The notes under the pieces were generated by a model. That model ran no database searches and was not told the origin of the DNA. It saw nothing but the letters and a program-made list of their open reading frames with translations. Shown here in pieces: positions 58,301 to 64,000 of a DNA stretch of 64,000 bases (its first letter is position 1; the number at the start of each line of letters is the position of its first letter). A program made the translations under genes and the position numbers. Source of the DNA: Blepharisma stoltei ATCC 30299 (Eukaryota > Protista > Ciliophora). The stretch is from positions 124,001 through 188,000 of the forward strand of contig CBFDEM010000063.1 of assembly GCA_965603825.1 (NCBI GenBank). The letters run 5' to 3'.

Positions 58301-60474
58301 TTGACCCGACACGTATGGGTTCTTATTATTACTACACCATGAATTCTGATATTGACAGATATGAACCAGTAATTTTCCACAACCAGACCGCTTTTCAATC
58401 TTTACCAACCTACTACCAGCTTGTTGCATTAGAAATCTTAAAAACATATAACCCAGATCTAGAAATTTTGGTACAAAACCACCCTTTGCCTATCACAGAA
58501 AAAATGAATGAGTTCGAAGCCTCCATAAGCTCATTCATTATCACCATAATTTTCGGTCTAGGAGCTGCATTTATTCCTGCAAGTATTGTCTCTTTCATTG
58601 TAAGAGAAAAAGAAAACAACGTGAAATTCCAGCATATGATAAGTGGGGCTTCTATGTGGGCGTATTGGATTTCTAATTTCATATGGGATTATGCGAAATA
58701 TTTAGTCATTGCAATTTATGTATGTGTTTTAATTGTGATTGTGGACATAAATATCTATGTTGATGAAGACGACCGGTATGCAGCCTTTTGACTGATTTTT
58801 ATTTTATATGGCTTGAGTGTGATCCCTTTTACTTATTTAAGCAGTTTTATTTTCACGAACCATAATACAGCACAAGTGATCACAATATCGTTTCATTTTC
58901 TTACAGGCTCTTTTTTACCAATTGTGATGATTTTTATGTGGTTTTTTGACGACACAAGAAACTATGTCAGAGAATGGAGGTGGTTTTTTAGGCTTTTCCC
59001 AAATTTCTGCTTTGGTAATGGAATTTTGCAAATAGCGTCCCAAGAGTTTATAGCGTATTTTGATGGTGATGAAACTGAGCCAGTGTTTTCATTAGAAGCA
59101 GCTGGAGGCGACATTTTATATCTTGGAGCCACAGCAGTAGGCTATTCAATTTTACTGATTTTTGCAGAGTGAATTAACAATAATCGTGCTCTTGGACAGT
59201 TTATAACTCAAAGATTAGCAGGAAAGCCTTCAGAATATCTATCAGATGAAGATGTAGAATCTGAAAAGCAGCTTGCCTTAATAACAAGCCCACAAGACGT
59301 TAAAGTAAATGTAAGAGAGCTGAGAAAATTTTATGGAAGCTTATTCGGCTCAAGAGTTATTGCTGTTGAAGAAGTCAGCTTTAATATCCCAAGCCAGCAG
59401 TGCTTTTGCTTACTAGGGTCTAATGGAGCTGGCAAAACAACTGTATTTAAAATTCTTGCTGGAGAGATTATAGCAAGCTCTGGTGAAGCTTTTATAGGAG
59501 GCTACTCCATTAATACTTCATTGACTTCAGCCAGAAAATGCATAGGATACTGTCCTCAGTTTGACGCTTTAAGTGAAAAATTGACCTGCAAAGAACACAT
59601 AAGACTGTACTGTGACATCAAAGGAATTAATAAACAAAAAATCGCTGAATTGACAAAAAATCTATTAAGAGAATTAGATTTAGAGATGTACGAGGATTAT
59701 AAAATGGAAAATTTAAGCGGAGGAAATAAACGAAAACTTTCAGTAGCCATTTCTTTAATAGGCAGCCCTGATGTAATACTTTTAGATGAGCCGTCAACTG
59801 GAATGGACCCAGAAACAAGGAAAAAACTGTGAAGAGTTTTGGGAAATTTGAAAAAGCAAAATTCTTCAGTTGTGTTGACGACCCACTCAATGGAAGAAGC
59901 TGAAGCACTTAGTGATCGGATTGCTATCATGGCTGCTGGAAGAATTAGATGTATTGGCTCTTCTTCACATATTCGAAATAAATTCGGTCAAGGTTATGAG
60001 CTTGACGTCAAAATAAAAATCCCAAAGCAAGAAAAAATCCACATTTTGAGCAAAAAATTGGACTTAGAATTAAAAGATGCCACACAAATAAGAGAATTTC
60101 AAATTAAAAAGTGTTTGCAAGCTTTAGAAGCTGAAGACTTGGAAGAGGTATTTAATTCAAAAAATATAGGATTTGCGATGCAGTTGAAAAATGAAGGAAG
60201 CATTGCGAGAGACTCGTTTATTTCATGAGTTATTACTGAAAAAAGAGGCTTGAAAGTGCTAAAGTGACTTAAAGGAGAGTTCAAAGATGTTGAATTAGTT
60301 GAGCATTATTTGAGCTCTTATAAATATAGAATTACTAAGCAGGATGATAGATCGCTAGGATATCTCTTCTCTTTGGTGGAAAAATCGAAAAAATCATTGA
60401 AGATTTCTGAGTATTCGATTTCACAAACTTCTCTTGAACAAATTTTTACTGAGTTGTCTAGTAACCCTAATTAA
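55378..60474 (+). CDS. Full-length ABCA-subfamily transporter (1698 aa)
   Basis: ATG 55378 (HFKALVYKN-W-ILWYRR..ELFFP). Two TMD-NBD halves: GHNGAGKTT/LSGGQKRKL/LLDEPTSG and GSNGAGKTT/LSGGNKRKL. About ten in-frame TGA=Trp; C-terminal SQTSLEQIF; ends TAA. Confidence 0.95.
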
Positions 60475-60793
60475 TAATTTTAATTAATTGTTAATTTAAA
60501 AAGCATTAAAGATATGAGAAATTGGATCATAATATAGTCATTATTAGATTGTATAGTTTCAGATGAAGCGTATAATTAAATAAAAGCAAACTAATTAAAG
60601 TGTTATAGAGAGATACAAGAGATTCGGGATGCCTAAGGATTGTGAAATTAAGTTTAATTTAAATACAAACCAACTTTAATAATTTCATAGAGGTTTAAGT
60701 ATTTTTAACTTCTCATCATCTGCTTCTCATAGCTGTTCAATTTCTACTAATGATCTTGCTAAAACCCTTTAATATGCATATTTTAATATTAAA

Positions 60794-61513
60794 ATGTCAA
60801 ATCATGTGCCCGAAATTTCAACTGCCTCTACAATTGGTTCCCCTTCTCTCCTAGAAGCAAAAAAACAGAGAAAGCAGCTTCAACAAGACGCTGCCCTCTT
60901 ATCAAACCGTATCAAACTCCTTCAGCTTGAAGAAGAGCGAACCTGAAAAAAGATTGAAGAAGCCAAAAATCGAAAAAACCAAATTGAGCACTCAAAAATG
61001 CGTAACGAAAACAAACAAAAAGAAATCGAAAAACTCTACCAAACTAAAGAACAAATGAGACTAGAAGCCCAAGAAAAAATAAAAAAACTGAAATTTGAAC
61101 GAAATTCAGGGAAAAATCGAAATGTTGAGTCGATTCAAAACACAAAAAAAGATTGCTACAAATATGGGAGAGAATGAAAAGTTTACAGTCTGCAACAGAG
61201 GATACTTACAAATCAGGCTTATAGGGAAAAAAACAAGCAAAGAGCAATGAGTGTTAAATTAGAAGAAAGGCATCGGCAAATGAAGTTAAAGAAAATGGGG
61301 AATCGGAGAGAAGAGGAAAATAAAGAAGATTATTTGCAGAGGGTCAAACAAGAGGAAGAGGCTAAAAAGCAGCTGGAGAGGCAAGTGATGGAAATGGAGC
61401 TGATAGAAATGGAACTGATAAGAAAACTACAGCAAACTCAAATGATCCAGCAAGAAGCTATTTCTGATTTAGAAAAAGCAGTTTCGTATAAGCCTGGATC
61501 AGTGCAAGATTAG
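60794..61513 (+). CDS. Coiled-coil protein (239 aa)
   Basis: ATG 60794; DAALLSNRIKLLQLEEERT-W(TGA)-KKI; in frame with ORF 61247-61513; ends TAG. Confidence 0.8.
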
Positions 61514-61553
61514 TAATATTTATATAAACCAAAGTTATTAACTCTATTAGAGT

Positions 61554-63770
61554 TTAAGCTCTTAGGTTAGCATTTTTCGAAAAAAATGGTGTCGCATCCG
61601 GGTCGAGCTTTGAAGTTTTCTTCTTAGGATTCTCAGTCAAATCCTCGTCAGATAGAAGGTCATAAATAAACTTGAGTTGGTGATGATTTTCAGGCTCTTC
61701 TGACGTCGTCTCGATTTCATTTATAGAATTCTTCAGCTCCTGGTTGCTTTTTAGGAAAATTGGGGGCAAATTGTGAGCCAAAAACGGCTTTTCTAAATCT
61801 AAAGGATTTTCTAGTGTAAAATTGAACTCTAATTGTTTGGGCTGCAGATGGTTTAGGAACAGAAAGTCATCCAAGGATTTGCTGCTATAATTATTCCAGT
61901 CTATGCATCCAAACTTAGAAACTAAGTGTTCTTCTAGATGAGTGTAATCGGAGAATTTAAGGATTTCTGATACAATTTCTTCAATAGTAACTTCATTACT
62001 CAAAAACGCAAAAGGTTGATTTGTCGCACCTTTCTCCACTTTGACATTTTTAATTGTCCTCAAAAAGTCTTTTAATTTGGAAAACCCAAATTTCGTTATA
62101 TCTAAATGCATAGAAAACCTCTTTTTTAAATGCAAAGGAATCTGGGCGAGTGGAAGCCCAGCTTTTTCATCTTTTAAAATTTCAATGATATTTTTTCTGA
62201 TGTCTTCTAGTTTAGAGTCTATTTTTAAATCTTCGATTTTATTTTCGACTGTGGAAGATAAAACTAATAGAGCTTTTTGGTACCTTATAACATCTTCATC
62301 AATAGCTAACTGCACCATGTAGCTCAATTTTCCTAATGAACATTCTTGTAAAAGCTTCGGCCCGAAGAATTTTATTAATTGAGCACATCCATATCTCCCT
62401 CCAGGAATTGCAGTGCTGGCTTCTGATTCAGTTTTATAATAACTTTCGCAAAATGCTATTAAAGTATTTCATTCATGGGTATTTTTCATATTAAGAGGAT
62501 CCCCTGTTCTTATGTATTGGTCATAAGAAAATCATTGATCTTCTCTTGGGAAAACTAAAAATGTTGTGGATTCGTTTTGAGGGTCGTCTATTTCTGAAAT
62601 CAAGTAATTCTGGCTATTTTTGCATTTTTCTAATAAATTTCGCCATTGAGAATTAGTTGGCTTGAAATCAAAAGCTTCTTTGATTCTTGACTGGATGGTT
62701 CTTTCAATTGGAAGCATTTCGTCGATTTTTAAGGATTTAAGCACCCATTGCAGACTTTCCAAGCTTAAACTTTCAAGCTTCAGGCCAATGAAGTCTTTTG
62801 GATTCAGGCCTCCAAATTGTTTTCTGCTTAAAAACAAGATCCCTAAGTTGCAAGTCTGGTTCAGCACTTCAGATGATTTTTCGTAGCTTAGTCCATATTT
62901 TATTGAAAAATCATTTATAAACCACTCGAGGTCTATCGTCATCTGTCCATGTTTTACAAAGGACTTCAATCTTTTTGCCACTAAATCATGGTATTGGTTT
63001 TGTCCACGTTTTACAGTAAATTGTTGTCGGTCGCTGCAAGATTCCATTAAGTCTCCTGTTTTGCAAAGTTTTGGCTGGTCTGGATTAGAAATTTGAGGAT
63101 CTTGGTAATTGACAATTCGATAAAACCCGAATGGAATTGGAAGCAGCTGTATATTTTTTATTTCTAATGGAGAAATGGACTGTGAAAAAAGAAGGGTTAC
63201 GTTTGGAAAATTATTCTGAATTTGTGTCAAATGGGGCTTCATATAAGCTGCATATCCACTTAGTATCAAAATATGGGTCAGATATTTTCCAGCAGATAAG
63301 GAAAGCTCTAGAATAAATGTTTGCAAGTCTTTAAGCTCGTTCGAGACGATCAATTCAATGCCAAATTCATTAAACACACTACTCCATTTTTGGTAGCTAT
63401 CCCCAAAGGCCTTGATTTCTGCTATATTATCATAAAGTGTTCTTATATTTTTCAAGACGGTTTCAACGTCTTCTTTTTTACTCACTCGACAGGAATGCAA
63501 GTCCCAAAACACTGAAACCTTGCTGACAAAGGATGTAGGCTCCAAGGCATGATCAGGATGATTTTTGGTACAGTTTTCGCAAAGAGGGACTTCGCAGGTT
63601 CAGCATCTTTTTTGGGCTACAGATTTGCAGTGCTTACATATGAGCTGTCTGACATGGAGTTTTCGCTTTCCACCCCTATGAATGGATTCAGAACAATCTT
63701 TGCAAAATAGCTCATCACATTCTGAACATACAAGAGTGGCCGTTAAACAGTTGCACTCCTCACAATGCAT
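61554..63770 (-). CDS. B-box x2 + NYN-like + OST-HTH/LOTUS protein with C-terminal PAM2-like motif (MARF1/Limkain-like; 738 aa)
   Basis: ATG 63770 (MHCEEC...C..C...FC..C...IH....H). VSVFWD..SC (NYN start), RYGCAQLIK, GLPLAQIP.....GFSKLKDFL (LOTUS), SKLDPDATPF (PAM2); joined by TGA=Trp at ~63600, 62532 and ~62470. Confidence 0.8.
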
Positions 63771-64000
63771 TTGGATTTATATGATTTGAGACTTTTTTAA
63801 ATTTCGATGAATAAATGGACTACTTATCAGAATTAATACTTTAATGCTGTTCATATATAATTTATTTATTGTAAAACTTCTATTTATTAAAATCATAATT
63901 ATATATCTAAATTTCAATTAAGGGGTTAAGAAGATGACGGGGAATGAATAATTTTGTTGAAAAATAATTTTAGAATATTAGCGAAGAATTAAGAATAATT

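Noticed and set aside
55378-60474. Fragmented ORFs (ABCA, ChAPs, MORN, PILS) as pseudogenes or selenoproteins
   Set aside because: The breaks are in-frame TGA at Trp-compatible positions and the frames are otherwise continuous.
1-64000. Transposons, retained IESs or telomeric repeats
   Set aside because: I saw no transposase or reverse transcriptase ORF, no insertions interrupting the reconstructed genes and no tandem telomere repeats. Intergenic IESs cannot be excluded from sequence alone.

Overview
AT-rich, gene-dense eukaryotic DNA from a heterotrich ciliate, most likely Blepharisma macronuclear sequence (inferred). In-frame TGA repeatedly falls at conserved Trp positions while genes end in TAA/TAG, and the introns are 15 nt with an A at position 10. 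The supplied ORF track therefore fragments many genes; read with UGA=Trp, the window holds about 35 intact genes. These include a CAMK-type kinase cluster with decayed copies, a membrane-anchored MORN protein, PAM18, PLAC8, mitochondrial bL19, a STE20 kinase, an FHA-RINGv protein, a ChAPs protein, a pseudo-CDPK, fibrillarin, a plasmepsin-V-like protease, three PILS-like transporters, an allantoinase-like protein, PP2C, an ABCA transporter and a B-box/NYN/LOTUS protein. There is also one tRNA-Ser(UGA) and one aberrant tRNA-like element. Main finding: the ORF-free gap at 53.1-54.9 kb holds five minus-strand Pol III-type small RNA genes. They share a core (GCUAAGGAGUUACUUC...CUCCUGGCGC), have variable middles and oligo-T terminators, and four have a TATA-like box and CCCATAA element at fixed spacing. 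Their architecture and motifs match vault RNAs with compensatory base changes; I know of no vault RNA described in ciliates.
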